From Kiritimatiellia bacterium (GTDB lineage Bacteria > Verrucomicrobiota > Kiritimatiellia > JAKQHR01), in the NCBI GenBank assembly GCA_050178035.1, contig JBFXGK010000019.1, positions 54-64,053 of the forward strand: a stretch of 64,000 nt of DNA, given 5' to 3'. The notes under the pieces were generated by a model, which did not search any database, was not told the origin of the DNA, and was given only the letters and a program-made list of their open reading frames with translations. Below are positions 48,622 to 57,915 of the stretch, one piece after another. Each line of letters starts with the position of its first letter. Positions within the stretch are counted from its first letter, which is position 1. The translations under genes and the position numbers were made by a program.

Positions 48622-49662
48622 CTAGAAGACGCTGCGAGGAACCACAATCACGTCTTCCGCCTCAATGGAGATATCCTTCTCAGGATTCTTCTCGATGTAT
48701 TTCACATCGTAGATGTCCGAATTGTCCCCGCGGATCAGCTTCACCTTCTTGGGCTGGGCAAACTCCGTGTAGCCGCCGGCCGTTGCAATGGCCTGCACAA
48801 GGGTCATGCCGCTAAGCAGCGCGTAACGCCCGGGCAGCCGGACTTCACCCCGAACGTAATAGCTCTGCTGCTGCATCACCACATTGACGCTGATAGTCTT
48901 GTAAATTTCAGCTTTTAGATAAGCGTCGCGGATGGCCCGCTCAAGTTCCGAAGTGGTCTTCCCTGCGGCGAGGACCTCATTGATGTAGGTCAGTGTCACA
49001 TACCCGCCCTCGTCAATCACATCTTGAATTTCCTCTTCGCGCGGGATCCCGCGAAGATAGATCGCGAGCACGTCTCCGGATTTCAGCTGGTAAGGGGATG
49101 TCCTCCCGGTATTGCCATATTCCCGGGACGTTTCGCCACCCGAAGCCGGAGCAGCAGCCGCCGGAATCCGGGGCGGCTCCGGCTGCGGATCAACCTTCAC
49201 AGGAAGCGGAGTGGCCGCAGCGGTCCGTTGAGTATGGGGTCGAATCGGCGAAGACGCAGGGGGCGGGATGGTCTGAGGAGAAGCCACAGGAACCATAGCG
49301 CGCGGCTGTGAGGCCTTCTTCCGAGCGGCCTCGTCGGCGCGCGCCTGTTTTTCCGCCAGTTTCCGGGCTTCTTTTTCGCGGGCCTCGCGCTCCTCCGCAA
49401 GCCGTTTTGCGGCCTTTTCCTGTTCTCTCTTTGTTTGCTGCTCCTGCGCAATACGCGCCTCTTCCTCCCGTTGGAGGCGGGCCTCTTCTTCCCGGATGGT
49501 TCTTTCGTAGGCCTGCTCGTATTCACGAGCCTGCCGGGTGTAGCGGGAGGAATAATCGGGATAAGGATAGCCGGAAGGACGGTTGGACCGGCATCCGGAC
49601 ACCGCGGAAACCATAAACGCGCAAGCAAGAATGATCCAGATTCTCATCTTCATGCTGATCAA
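48622..49662 (-). CDS. wza: Polysaccharide export protein (Wza/EpsA family, SLBB domain) with charged low-complexity N-terminal region
   Basis: Lipoprotein signal (AVSGC). A E/R/K/A-rich ~90-aa segment and a Pro-rich linker precede the Poly_export and SLBB core (YQLKSGDVLAI...PGRYAL). Confidence 0.7.
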   Translation of the reverse strand: MISMKMRIWIILACAFMVSAVSGCRSNRPSGYPYPDYSSRYTRQAREYEQAYERTIREEEARLQREEEARIAQEQQTKREQEKAAKRLAEEREAREKEARKLAEKQARADEAARKKASQPRAMVPVASPQTIPPPASSPIRPHTQRTAAATPLPVKVDPQPEPPRIPAAAAPASGGETSREYGNTGRTSPYQLKSGDVLAIYLRGIPREEEIQDVIDEGGYVTLTYINEVLAAGKTTSELERAIRDAYLKAEIYKTISVNVVMQQQSYYVRGEVRLPGRYALLSGMTLVQAIATAGGYTEFAQPKKVKLIRGDNSDIYDVKYIEKNPEKDISIEAEDVIVVPRSVF

Positions 49663-51767
49663 GCCTTTCCCTCCGGTTCCACTTTCGCGGCGGCAGGCTC
49701 GGGCTGCGCCTCTTCGCCCGGCGCGTAGTAATGCGAATAGTAGGAATGATAGTAGTAGTAGTAATCATCCCGCATGATGTTGATGTTGTTCAGAACCACA
49801 CCGATCAGTTTCCCGCCGACATTTTCAATGATCTGCTTGGCGCGCGAAGAAATCATCTTGGGGTATTTCCGGTACTGGATCACCAGCAGGACGGCATCCA
49901 TTTCACTGACCAGAATGGAGGCATCGCTCACCCCCATCACCGGCGGAGAGTCGAAGAATACGTAATCGTAGCGGCTCTTCAGGTTCTTGACCAGTTCGCG
50001 CAGGCGCTGGGTGTCGAGCAGGCCCAGCGAAGAACGCGGGAGCTTCCCGCTTGGGAGAAAGTGCAGGTTTGGAACGCTCGTGGCCTTGATGGTTTCCTCA
50101 ATCGGCACATCGCGCATCAGCACATTGGTGAGACCAAACCGGTTGGACATGCCCAGGATTGTGTGCTGCACGGGACGGCGCAGATCGGAGTCCACAATCA
50201 GCACCTTGTCGCCAAGTTGGGCGCAGACAAACGCCAGATTGAACAGTGTTGTGGATTTACCTTCGCCGACCCCGCCGCTCACCATCGCATAGGCGCCGCC
50301 GGGAACTTTCGCCGCAAACTGCATATTGGTTCGCAGCACGCGATAGGCCTCTGCATGGGGACTGTCCGGCCCCTCCTCGATCAGCGGGCGCACTTTCTGA
50401 GGGATCACGCCCAGAACAGGCAGACCCATGGACCGCTCCACGTCGTCCACGGTCTTGACCGACGTGTCGAGGTACTCGATGAAATAGGCCAGGCCGAGTG
50501 CGGCACCCAATCCCACGAAGAGGCTCAGCAGGATGTTCATGAACACATTCGGGCTTGCCGCCCGGAGAGGAGGCTCCGCCGGATCCACAACCTCAACGGC
50601 CGTGCGCGGAACCTCAAGAGAAATGCCTTCCTGGGCTATACGCGCCTGCAGCGCCTCAAGAATGGAGCGCTGCACATCCAGCTCCCTCTGCGCTTTTTCA
50701 AACGGAAGGAATTTATCGCGCGACGACTCGATGTCCTCTACGCGAGCCTCACCAAGCGCCATTTCCAGGGCCTCGTATTTCTCGCGGGCGACGGCATAGT
50801 CGGCCTCAAGACCCTTCTTCAAACCCGCCAGAGCGTTTTTCAGCTGCTGCTTGAGCTCATCGCGACCGGCCACCAGACGCTTCACTTCCGGGTGGTTGGC
50901 TCCGTAAGTTTCCAGAGCTAGCTTGAGATTCACCTCCGTGTTCACCAGATCGGAACGGATGCGTGAAAGCGCGGGATCATTGACAATATAGGCCGATGCA
51001 TTCAGAAGATCCTCCCCCTCGAGATTGATCAGCTGTTCGTACCGGGCCTTGCGCACCACGCGATCCACATTGGCCGCAAGACGGTCGGCCTCAAGCTGCG
51101 AGAGGCGAATCTTGTCAACGCTCACGCCCCGGTCGATCACCGAAACGCCCAGTTCCTCACGTATGGTTTCGACACGGTTTTCAACCTCATCCACCTTGTC
51201 CTGCTGCTTTTTCATTTCGTTCTGCAGCGCATCGATGGCCGATTTGATTTCACGGCGCTTGGCCTGAAGGCGGTGATCGCGGTAGACATTGGCCACCTCG
51301 TTGGCAATGCGTGCGGACTCCTGCGCATCTGTGCTGTAGACGGAAATTTCGATGAGGCTGGTGTCGCGCGCCTGCGCCACGCTAATAGAACCGTTCAGAA
51401 CCTCGTAAGTCTCCTCCCGGGAGAGGGCTCGCTCTCCATCGGTAAAGCGCTTGCCCCAGATTTCCTCCAGGTTCAGGTTTCTGATCACCTCGTTAAGGAT
51501 GGGTTTGGATCGGATGATTTCGTACTGCGTGCGCAGGAAAAAGGGGTTATAGGCGGAATTGAGCTGGCGCTCGAAGACATCAATGTCCGTAGCATCCTGC
51601 CGCACCAGAATGCGGGCAGTGGCGGCATATTTCTTCGGCAGCATGAACGTTACTCCGGTGCCGGTGAGCACCACCAGAAGAGTCACTGCGAGGATGACTT
51701 CCTTGCGGGAGCGGATGACCCGCCAGTAGTCCAGAAAATGCAGTTGGGCTTCGTTCGACTGTTCCAT
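49659..51767 (-). CDS. wzc: Polysaccharide co-polymerase / BY-kinase (fused Wzc-type chain-length determinant and tyrosine autokinase)
   Basis: N-terminal Wzz TM anchor and a long coiled-coil periplasmic domain. Second TM. Walker A VSGGVGEGKST and A' VLIVDSDLRRP. C-terminal Tyr cluster YYYYYHSYYSHYY. Confidence 0.8.
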   Translation of the reverse strand: MEQSNEAQLHFLDYWRVIRSRKEVILAVTLLVVLTGTGVTFMLPKKYAATARILVRQDATDIDVFERQLNSAYNPFFLRTQYEIIRSKPILNEVIRNLNLEEIWGKRFTDGERALSREETYEVLNGSISVAQARDTSLIEISVYSTDAQESARIANEVANVYRDHRLQAKRREIKSAIDALQNEMKKQQDKVDEVENRVETIREELGVSVIDRGVSVDKIRLSQLEADRLAANVDRVVRKARYEQLINLEGEDLLNASAYIVNDPALSRIRSDLVNTEVNLKLALETYGANHPEVKRLVAGRDELKQQLKNALAGLKKGLEADYAVAREKYEALEMALGEARVEDIESSRDKFLPFEKAQRELDVQRSILEALQARIAQEGISLEVPRTAVEVVDPAEPPLRAASPNVFMNILLSLFVGLGAALGLAYFIEYLDTSVKTVDDVERSMGLPVLGVIPQKVRPLIEEGPDSPHAEAYRVLRTNMQFAAKVPGGAYAMVSGGVGEGKSTTLFNLAFVCAQLGDKVLIVDSDLRRPVQHTILGMSNRFGLTNVLMRDVPIEETIKATSVPNLHFLPSGKLPRSSLGLLDTQRLRELVKNLKSRYDYVFFDSPPVMGVSDASILVSEMDAVLLVIQYRKYPKMISSRAKQIIENVGGKLIGVVLNNINIMRDDYYYYYHSYYSHYYAPGEEAQPEPAAAKVEPEGKA

Positions 51768-51874
51768 ATCTGTTCCGTCTCTAAAACGCCAGTGAGGCGC
51801 ACAGTGCGCCCCACTAGCTTTCTGTCAGCAAATATACATTCACGCCGACCCCGCAGGGGGCGGCTGAATTCATC

Positions 51875-53071
51875 TTAAAGCTGAACTTTCCAGCCAAGAT
51901 GTATGCGGTTGCGCTCGTAGTCGCCGCGCAATTCTGAATCCACATCATAATACTGCCAGCCGGTTTCAAGCCAGTTGGACTTCGTGACCTGATAGGTCAG
52001 GCGCGCGCTGACCTGCGTTATGTCTTCGGATCCGCTCGTGCTCAGCAGAGTGGTTTCTTCCTCGGCGCCCGTGGCAATGTCATCCTCGCTGTAGTCGCCA
52101 ATCGAATACCCGGCCGAAAGATAAGCCGACAGGCGGGCCGTGATGTCATGCGCAATGCTGGCAAAAAAGCGGGTGCGCTCCTGATTGGCAAACGGGTACA
52201 CATCCGTCTCCATCAATGCAAAGCTCGCGCCCAGCGAAATGCGGGTGGCCGGCGACGGGAGGAAGGTCAGAGAGGCTTCGCCATAGGGCGAGGATTCGCT
52301 TCCGGATTCCGTTTCCATGTCTTTTTCCATGAAGCCCGCGCGCGCGCTGCCCAGCAGGCTCGCGCTGAAAATCTGCTCCAGGCCCAGGCCAATCTCCACG
52401 GTGTCAGATCCGCGATCCACCACATCCGTGTTCTCATATTCCATGGACTCCGCGCGGAACTCCGCCAGCACGGCCGTTTCAGGAACAAACTGATTGCGAA
52501 GCGTCAAACCCCCGACCAGAATGTCGTAGTCGTTTTGATCCGCAACCACATCATCATCGTAGCGCAGGAGGATGTGGCGTCCGGCAATATCAAAGCGCGT
52601 CTCAGGACGCAGATGGATGGAAAGATTTCCATTGACCGTATTATAGGTGTAGTCATTCTGCTGGCGAACAACGGTGCCGCGATCCATCAATTCCGGCAGC
52701 TCAGCGATCTTCAGGGATTCCTTCACACCCAGCGCAAGGCGCGGAGTGAATTCATGATTCAAAATAAAGTCGAGGGCATGATGAATATCTTCATTGTCTT
52801 CGTCGCGATCAGCCCAATAGACAAAGCCCGGCATGTAGCGCAGGCTGAGGAAGGTCTGCTCAAGACTGATGTTCCCGATGAACTCAATTTCCTCAATGAC
52901 TTTAACGCTCTCGTCTTCTTCGCCTTTGACGGCTTCCCGTATGTTGTCGTCATATTCCAGGCGCAGGCGGTTAACCAACTGATAGCCGCGGCCTTCACCC
53001 TGGGCAAGGACAACGCCCTGCAGCGCAAAAAGAACCGCAACAGAAGCCAGCAAAAATGTCTTCCAGTTCAT
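51875..53071 (-). CDS. Outer-membrane beta-barrel protein (EPS-locus associated)
   Basis: Signal peptide. Alternating amphipathic beta-strands. C-terminal aromatic/hydrophobic ending (WKVQL). Confidence 0.55.
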   Translation of the reverse strand: MNWKTFLLASVAVLFALQGVVLAQGEGRGYQLVNRLRLEYDDNIREAVKGEEDESVKVIEEIEFIGNISLEQTFLSLRYMPGFVYWADRDEDNEDIHHALDFILNHEFTPRLALGVKESLKIAELPELMDRGTVVRQQNDYTYNTVNGNLSIHLRPETRFDIAGRHILLRYDDDVVADQNDYDILVGGLTLRNQFVPETAVLAEFRAESMEYENTDVVDRGSDTVEIGLGLEQIFSASLLGSARAGFMEKDMETESGSESSPYGEASLTFLPSPATRISLGASFALMETDVYPFANQERTRFFASIAHDITARLSAYLSAGYSIGDYSEDDIATGAEEETTLLSTSGSEDITQVSARLTYQVTKSNWLETGWQYYDVDSELRGDYERNRIHLGWKVQL

Positions 53072-53124
53072 ATTATTCCTCTCCTCGATTTCCTAAAGCT
53101 AACTATTCTGTATCTTTATTAAAC

Positions 53125-53712
53125 TCAGTTGGGGGTCATCGGACGGATCGGCGGAGCAACAAATTCAACCTGCTGCAGGAGCTCCTGAAGGCCGAGATAG
53201 CTGATGGCCACATTTGCATCGGTCCCGAATTCGGGCTGGTCCGGTTCGCCGAACTCCTTGCTGTCCTTCAAGGGGTCTGTCTGCGACCCTCCCTTGAACA
53301 CATTGGCCACAACGGGTTCTGCCAGGGGGCGGAGGCTGTCAGCCGCCTGGCTCATGCTGTCAATGTTCACGCCGCGGCTCGCCAGGAAATCAACCCAGGA
53401 CTTGTCATTTTCGGGGTTCTTGACCTCATCACCGCGCTTCATGGCCAGCACGATCACGCGGGCCAGATCAGCCTTAGTGAGCACTTTTTCAACATTCCAG
53501 CCATCCTTGGGCTGGATGCCGTTGATGGCCAGCACCTCGGCGCATTCATAAACAGTGGGGGATGCGGGCAGAAACCGGGCCAAGCCCAGCACGTTGACCA
53601 GAATTTGGGCCAGTTCGCCCTGTGTAACCTCTTCCTTCTCTTCGGCCGCCCAAACTCCGGGAACGGCCATAATCACAGAAAGCAACGCCATCAACACAAT
53701 CGCTTTTTTCAT
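53125..53712 (-). CDS. Secreted hypothetical protein
   Basis: Signal peptide MKKAIVLMALLSVIMAVPGVWA (start chosen here). Acidic and Pro-rich C-terminus. Confidence 0.45.
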   Translation of the reverse strand: MKKAIVLMALLSVIMAVPGVWAAEEKEEVTQGELAQILVNVLGLARFLPASPTVYECAEVLAINGIQPKDGWNVEKVLTKADLARVIVLAMKRGDEVKNPENDKSWVDFLASRGVNIDSMSQAADSLRPLAEPVVANVFKGGSQTDPLKDSKEFGEPDQPEFGTDANVAISYLGLQELLQQVEFVAPPIRPMTPN

Positions 53713-53937
53713 AACTTTCAAACCCTCCGTTCTGATCATTTCCAGCATTTTCAAAAAAACCGATAAAACACAGCCGGCTCTCACGGCTGATCCAACTTCA
53801 CAATTTTGGATAAACTACCTTTTTGGGATCAAACCCGTCAAATGAAAAATCTGATTCCCGCACATAAATATCCGCCAAGGAAACACTTCCCAAAAAACCT
53901 TTCGTATCTCCGAAGCCCCTTTGCTAGTATCCGCGCC

Positions 53938-56325
53938 ATGTTCTGGAGACTGAAAAAAATATTTCCGCTTCTGCTGGCGGCGGGCGCACTGCAAACGGCC
54001 GCAGCTCCTGTTCACCCGCTGGGGGCATTCAACTTCCCTTCGCGGGAGGAGGCCGACAAGGCCTGGATCCGCCGCGACGGAAGCCCCGCAGTCGCCACGG
54101 CCGGCGCCGCGGGCGGCGTCACATTCCCCTGCCCCCTCAAGGACCGGGACCGGGTCTACTGGGATCAGGCCGTTTCCCTGGATCTCTCAAGTTTCACCAG
54201 CCTCGAAATGGATTTATCCTGCCGGCGGCCTGAATCCATCCGCTCACTGGGCATATATTTGAAAAGCGGAAGCGGATGGTATGTCTGGAACAAACCGCTG
54301 GCGTACGCCGGCCGCCAGACGGTCCTCATGCCGAAAAACCTTTTCTCCATTGAGGGAACCCCCGCAGGATGGCACCGGATTGAGGCGGTTCGAGTCTCGC
54401 CGTGGAGAGGCAATGCCGAAAACACTGAAATTTCCATTTATGGCCTTTTCGGGCGCGCTGACGAGATCCTGATCATGAAAGGAACCCACACCGACCCGGC
54501 CGAGCAGGCGGCTGCACGGCGGGCGGCGGAACGCCTCAGCGACTGGCTGGCCGACCTGAATCTGCCCCACGGAATCGTCGCAGGGGACCAAATTCCGGCA
54601 CAGGCCCGCATTCTCATTCTTCCCTATAATCCGGCGCTCACAGGCGGGCAGCGAAAGTCCATATCATCCTTCATAGCCCGCGGCGGGAAACTGATGGTCT
54701 TCTACTCCGCCGATTCCGAACTGGCCCGCATGATGAATCTGAAACTGGGCGCTTATGCCTCCGCTGCAAACCGCGGGCAGTGGAGTTCGTTCGCTTTCAG
54801 CAAGCCGCATGAATGGCTGGTTCCGGAGTCCGTGCCGCAGCAGTCGTGGAACATACGCCCCGTCACGCCGGGCGCGGGCAGGGGCGAGATCATTGCCGAA
54901 TGGCGCGATGCCGCAGGGCGGCCGACCGGCGATCCCGCATGGGTTTTCACCGACCGAGGCCTCTGGATGACGCACATCCTGCTGGGCGACAATCCGCAGA
55001 AGAAACAGGAAATGCTTCTGGGGCTGCTGGGCCGGCTGGAGCCGTCCATCTGGGCGCGGCCAGCATGGATGATGCTGCAGCGGGCCGGACAGATTGATTC
55101 GTTCCGCAGTCTCGAGGAGGCAATTGGAGTTATTGGAACGGCCGCCCGGAAAAACGGGAGGAAAAAGGAGGCCGAAGCCCTGCTGGCGGAAACGATGCAG
55201 CACTACCGGGAGGCCATTGGTCTTTATGAAAAATCCGCTTTCCCCGCCGTGGTCGCTTCCTGCAAGAAAATGCGCGACTGCCTCACGCGCGCCTATTCCT
55301 GCGCGCAAACTCCGGCGGCGAACGAGTTCCGGGGCGTCTGGGATCAGTATGTCACAGCATTTTATGACGGCAAATGGGCCGAAACCTGCCGGCGGCTGAA
55401 AGAGGGCGGCATGACCGCCGTATTCCCCAACGTGGCCAAAGGGGGAATCACCCGCTGCCGCGGAAACATCCTTCCGATGGAACTCAAAAACGGAGGCGAT
55501 CCATTCAAGGAATATATTGAACATGCCCGGGCCGCCGGGCTGGAAGTCCACGCATGGATCATCTGCTGGAACCTTGACACTGCGCCGCCGGAATTTGTTG
55601 AGCAGATGAAAAAAGAAGGCCGCCTGATCATCGGCGCGGACAGCAAACCCCGCCCGTGGCTCAATCCCGCGCATGAAGCCAACCGCAGCATGATGGCCGC
55701 GTTCATCCGCGAGGTTGTTCGCAACTACGGACCGGACGGCATTCACCTGGACTACATCCGCTATCCGGATGCCAACGGGAGCTACGACCCCGTTTCCCGG
55801 CAGCTGTTCGAGAAACAGATGAAGATCACGGTCGGCCGCTGGCCGCGCGACGTGATGGACGGCGGCCCTCTGCGCAAAAGCTGGCGAAAGTGGCGGGCCG
55901 ACAACCTGACAGCCCTGATCTCGCGGCTGCACGATGAAATCCGCGCGGAAAATCCCCGCGTCCGGTTCTCCGCCGCCGTCTACGGCAACTGGCCGGATTG
56001 CGCAGAAAGCATCGGACAGGACTGGGGCTCCTGGGTGGACCGGCGGCTGGTGGATTTTGTCTGCCCGATGAACTATACGTCAAAGCCGGGCGCTTTCCAT
56101 GCGCTGCTCAAAAAGCAAATGGATATAGAAAACGCGGAAAGACGGATGTATCCCGGCATCGGCGTATCGGCCACGGAAAGCCAGCTGCCCCCGGATCTTG
56201 TGATCGAGCAGATCGGAACGGCCCGGGAACTGAAGGCCCCGGGCTTCATGCTGTACCAGCTCGACGAAGTGCTGGCGGATGACGTGCTGCCCGTCCTGCG
56301 CCTCGGAACCACCCGCGTGCGCTGA
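53938..56325 (+). CDS. Large secreted glycoside-hydrolase-like family 10 (GHL10/DUF187) protein
   Basis: Signal peptide. Central TIM-barrel-like region (HAWIICWN, GIHLDYIRYPD) resembles GHL10. Start set at MFWRLKK. Confidence 0.6.
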   Translation: MFWRLKKIFPLLLAAGALQTAAAPVHPLGAFNFPSREEADKAWIRRDGSPAVATAGAAGGVTFPCPLKDRDRVYWDQAVSLDLSSFTSLEMDLSCRRPESIRSLGIYLKSGSGWYVWNKPLAYAGRQTVLMPKNLFSIEGTPAGWHRIEAVRVSPWRGNAENTEISIYGLFGRADEILIMKGTHTDPAEQAAARRAAERLSDWLADLNLPHGIVAGDQIPAQARILILPYNPALTGGQRKSISSFIARGGKLMVFYSADSELARMMNLKLGAYASAANRGQWSSFAFSKPHEWLVPESVPQQSWNIRPVTPGAGRGEIIAEWRDAAGRPTGDPAWVFTDRGLWMTHILLGDNPQKKQEMLLGLLGRLEPSIWARPAWMMLQRAGQIDSFRSLEEAIGVIGTAARKNGRKKEAEALLAETMQHYREAIGLYEKSAFPAVVASCKKMRDCLTRAYSCAQTPAANEFRGVWDQYVTAFYDGKWAETCRRLKEGGMTAVFPNVAKGGITRCRGNILPMELKNGGDPFKEYIEHARAAGLEVHAWIICWNLDTAPPEFVEQMKKEGRLIIGADSKPRPWLNPAHEANRSMMAAFIREVVRNYGPDGIHLDYIRYPDANGSYDPVSRQLFEKQMKITVGRWPRDVMDGGPLRKSWRKWRADNLTALISRLHDEIRAENPRVRFSAAVYGNWPDCAESIGQDWGSWVDRRLVDFVCPMNYTSKPGAFHALLKKQMDIENAERRMYPGIGVSATESQLPPDLVIEQIGTARELKAPGFMLYQLDEVLADDVLPVLRLGTTRVR

Positions 56326-56370
56326 CCCGGAACACCCTGCGAAAATTTTTTTCTTTTGTGCTGGACATAA

Positions 56371-56412
56371 TTCACAGTTAATCTATAAGTCCTATCATAT
56401 TAGTCATATTAA
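56371..56412 (+). promoter_or_regulatory. Candidate promoter plus direct-repeat operator upstream of the Rrf2-pst operon
   Basis: TTCACA-16 nt-TATCAT. Direct repeat TCATATTA x2 (56395-56402 and 56404-56411) overlaps the -10/+1. It has similarity to the Pho-box half-site TGTCATA. Confidence 0.3.
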
Positions 56413-56428
56413 TGAAGGCGGGTATCAA

Positions 56429-56869
56429 ATGAAGCTGACAACCAAAAGTGAATACGCCCTGCTGGCCCTGCTGCACATGGCCCGGCAGGAGCCTGATGCA
56501 TGGACTTCCGTGGATGCCGTGGCGCGGGCGAAAAATATCCCTCCCAAATTCCTCGAGCAGATCCTGCTCGCGCTCAAGCGGGCGCGAATCCTTCGCAGCA
56601 CCAAAGGCAAGCACGGCGGCTATCAGCTCGCACGGCCCGCAAACCGGATTTCCATCGCTGAGATCGTCCGCGTGCTCGACGGCGCCCTCGCCCCCGTGGA
56701 ATCCGTCAGCGAATATTTTTATGAGTCCACCCCCATTGAAAGCGAGCAGGGGCTTGTCAGCGTTTTCAGAACCATCCGGGATTACATCTCGGACCTGCTG
56801 GAAAAAACCACCTTGGCGGATGTCTGCCAGATGAAAGTTAAAGGAAAGAGAAAAGGAGATTCAAAATGA
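56429..56869 (+). CDS. Rrf2-family transcriptional regulator (no Cys cluster)
   Basis: MKLTTKSEYALLALLHMA N-terminal wHTH. Lacks the IscR three-Cys motif. Stop overlaps the pstS start. Confidence 0.8.
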   Translation: MKLTTKSEYALLALLHMARQEPDAWTSVDAVARAKNIPPKFLEQILLALKRARILRSTKGKHGGYQLARPANRISIAEIVRVLDGALAPVESVSEYFYESTPIESEQGLVSVFRTIRDYISDLLEKTTLADVCQMKVKGKRKGDSK

Positions 56870-57915
56870 AGAACATTGTAAACATTGGTTTAATGATGGC
56901 TTCAGCGTTTGCCCTGTGCTCGCTGTGCGCATGCCAGAAGAAGACCGAAGCCCCCGTGGAGGCACCGGCCGTGGAACCGTCTGCCGCCCCCGCCGAAGAG
57001 GCTCCCGCCGCAGTGACGCCCGGCAAAGGCGCTGTTGTAACCGAAGGCACCCTCAGTTTTTCGGGCGCATGGGCACTCTATCCCATGGCCGTCCGCTGGG
57101 GCGAAGAATTCCAGAAGCTGCATCCGGATGTCCGGTTTGACATTTCCGCGGGCGGTGCCGGGAAGGGCATGACCGACGTTTTGGCCGGCGCAATTGATGT
57201 CGGCATGGTCTCGCGCGACGTGGCGCAGGCAGAAGCCGAAAAGGGCGCACTGGCTTTTGCAGTGACCAAGGACGCCGTGGTTCCCGTCATCAGCGCGAAT
57301 AATCCGCAACTGGCGGCTCTGCTGAAAAGGGGCCTCACCCGTGAGGCCGCCAAATCCGTCTGGATCAGCGGCGCCGCCAAGACCTGGGATGAGATTACCG
57401 GCGATGCCATGGAGGCGCCGCTTCACGTCTATACCCGCTCCGACGCCTGCGGCGCGGCCGAAACGTGGGCCAAGTATCTCGACGGCAAGCAGGAAGACCT
57501 CAAGGGCATCGGCGTCTACGGCGACCCCGGCATTGGCGAGGCGGTTCGCAAGGATCCGCTGGGCGCTGGCTACAACAATGTGAATTACGCCTACGACGCG
57601 AAAACTCAGAAGCCCGTGGACGGCCTGGTCGTGCTTCCGCTCGACGTGGACAACAGCGGCAGCATTGAGCCAGCCGAGGATTTCTACAAAACCCGGAAAG
57701 AGCTGACAGACGCCATTGCCGACGGCCGCTACCCTGCGCCGCCCGCACGGGATCTGTATTTCGTTACGCTGGGAACGCCAAAAACAGAACTGCTCAAGTC
57801 ATTTCTTGAATGGGTGCTGACTGACGGCCAGCAGTTCGTTCCGGAAGCCGGCTATATCAATCTCCCGCAGGAAGTGCTTTCCCGCGAAATCAATAAACTG
57901 AAAGGAAATGAATAA
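56866..57915 (+). CDS. pstS: Phosphate ABC transporter substrate-binding lipoprotein
   Basis: Lipoprotein signal, then the PBP fold with FSGAWALYP, SAGGAGKG and GMVSRDV phosphate-binding motifs. Confidence 0.8.
   Translation: MKNIVNIGLMMASAFALCSLCACQKKTEAPVEAPAVEPSAAPAEEAPAAVTPGKGAVVTEGTLSFSGAWALYPMAVRWGEEFQKLHPDVRFDISAGGAGKGMTDVLAGAIDVGMVSRDVAQAEAEKGALAFAVTKDAVVPVISANNPQLAALLKRGLTREAAKSVWISGAAKTWDEITGDAMEAPLHVYTRSDACGAAETWAKYLDGKQEDLKGIGVYGDPGIGEAVRKDPLGAGYNNVNYAYDAKTQKPVDGLVVLPLDVDNSGSIEPAEDFYKTRKELTDAIADGRYPAPPARDLYFVTLGTPKTELLKSFLEWVLTDGQQFVPEAGYINLPQEVLSREINKLKGNE

Noticed and set aside
49731-50921. 396-aa + strand ORF inside wzc
   Set aside because: Antisense to a gene with clear Walker motifs and a Tyr tail. 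His/Arg/Gly-rich junk-like sequence.
54664-55932. 422-aa - strand ORF antisense to the GHL10-like gene
   Set aside because: A shadow frame. The + strand ORF has a signal peptide and conserved blocks.
56326-56360. T-rich run (aaaatttttttcttttg) after the GHL10-like gene as an intrinsic terminator
   Set aside because: No convincing GC-rich stem immediately precedes the T-run, so it is not called as a terminator.
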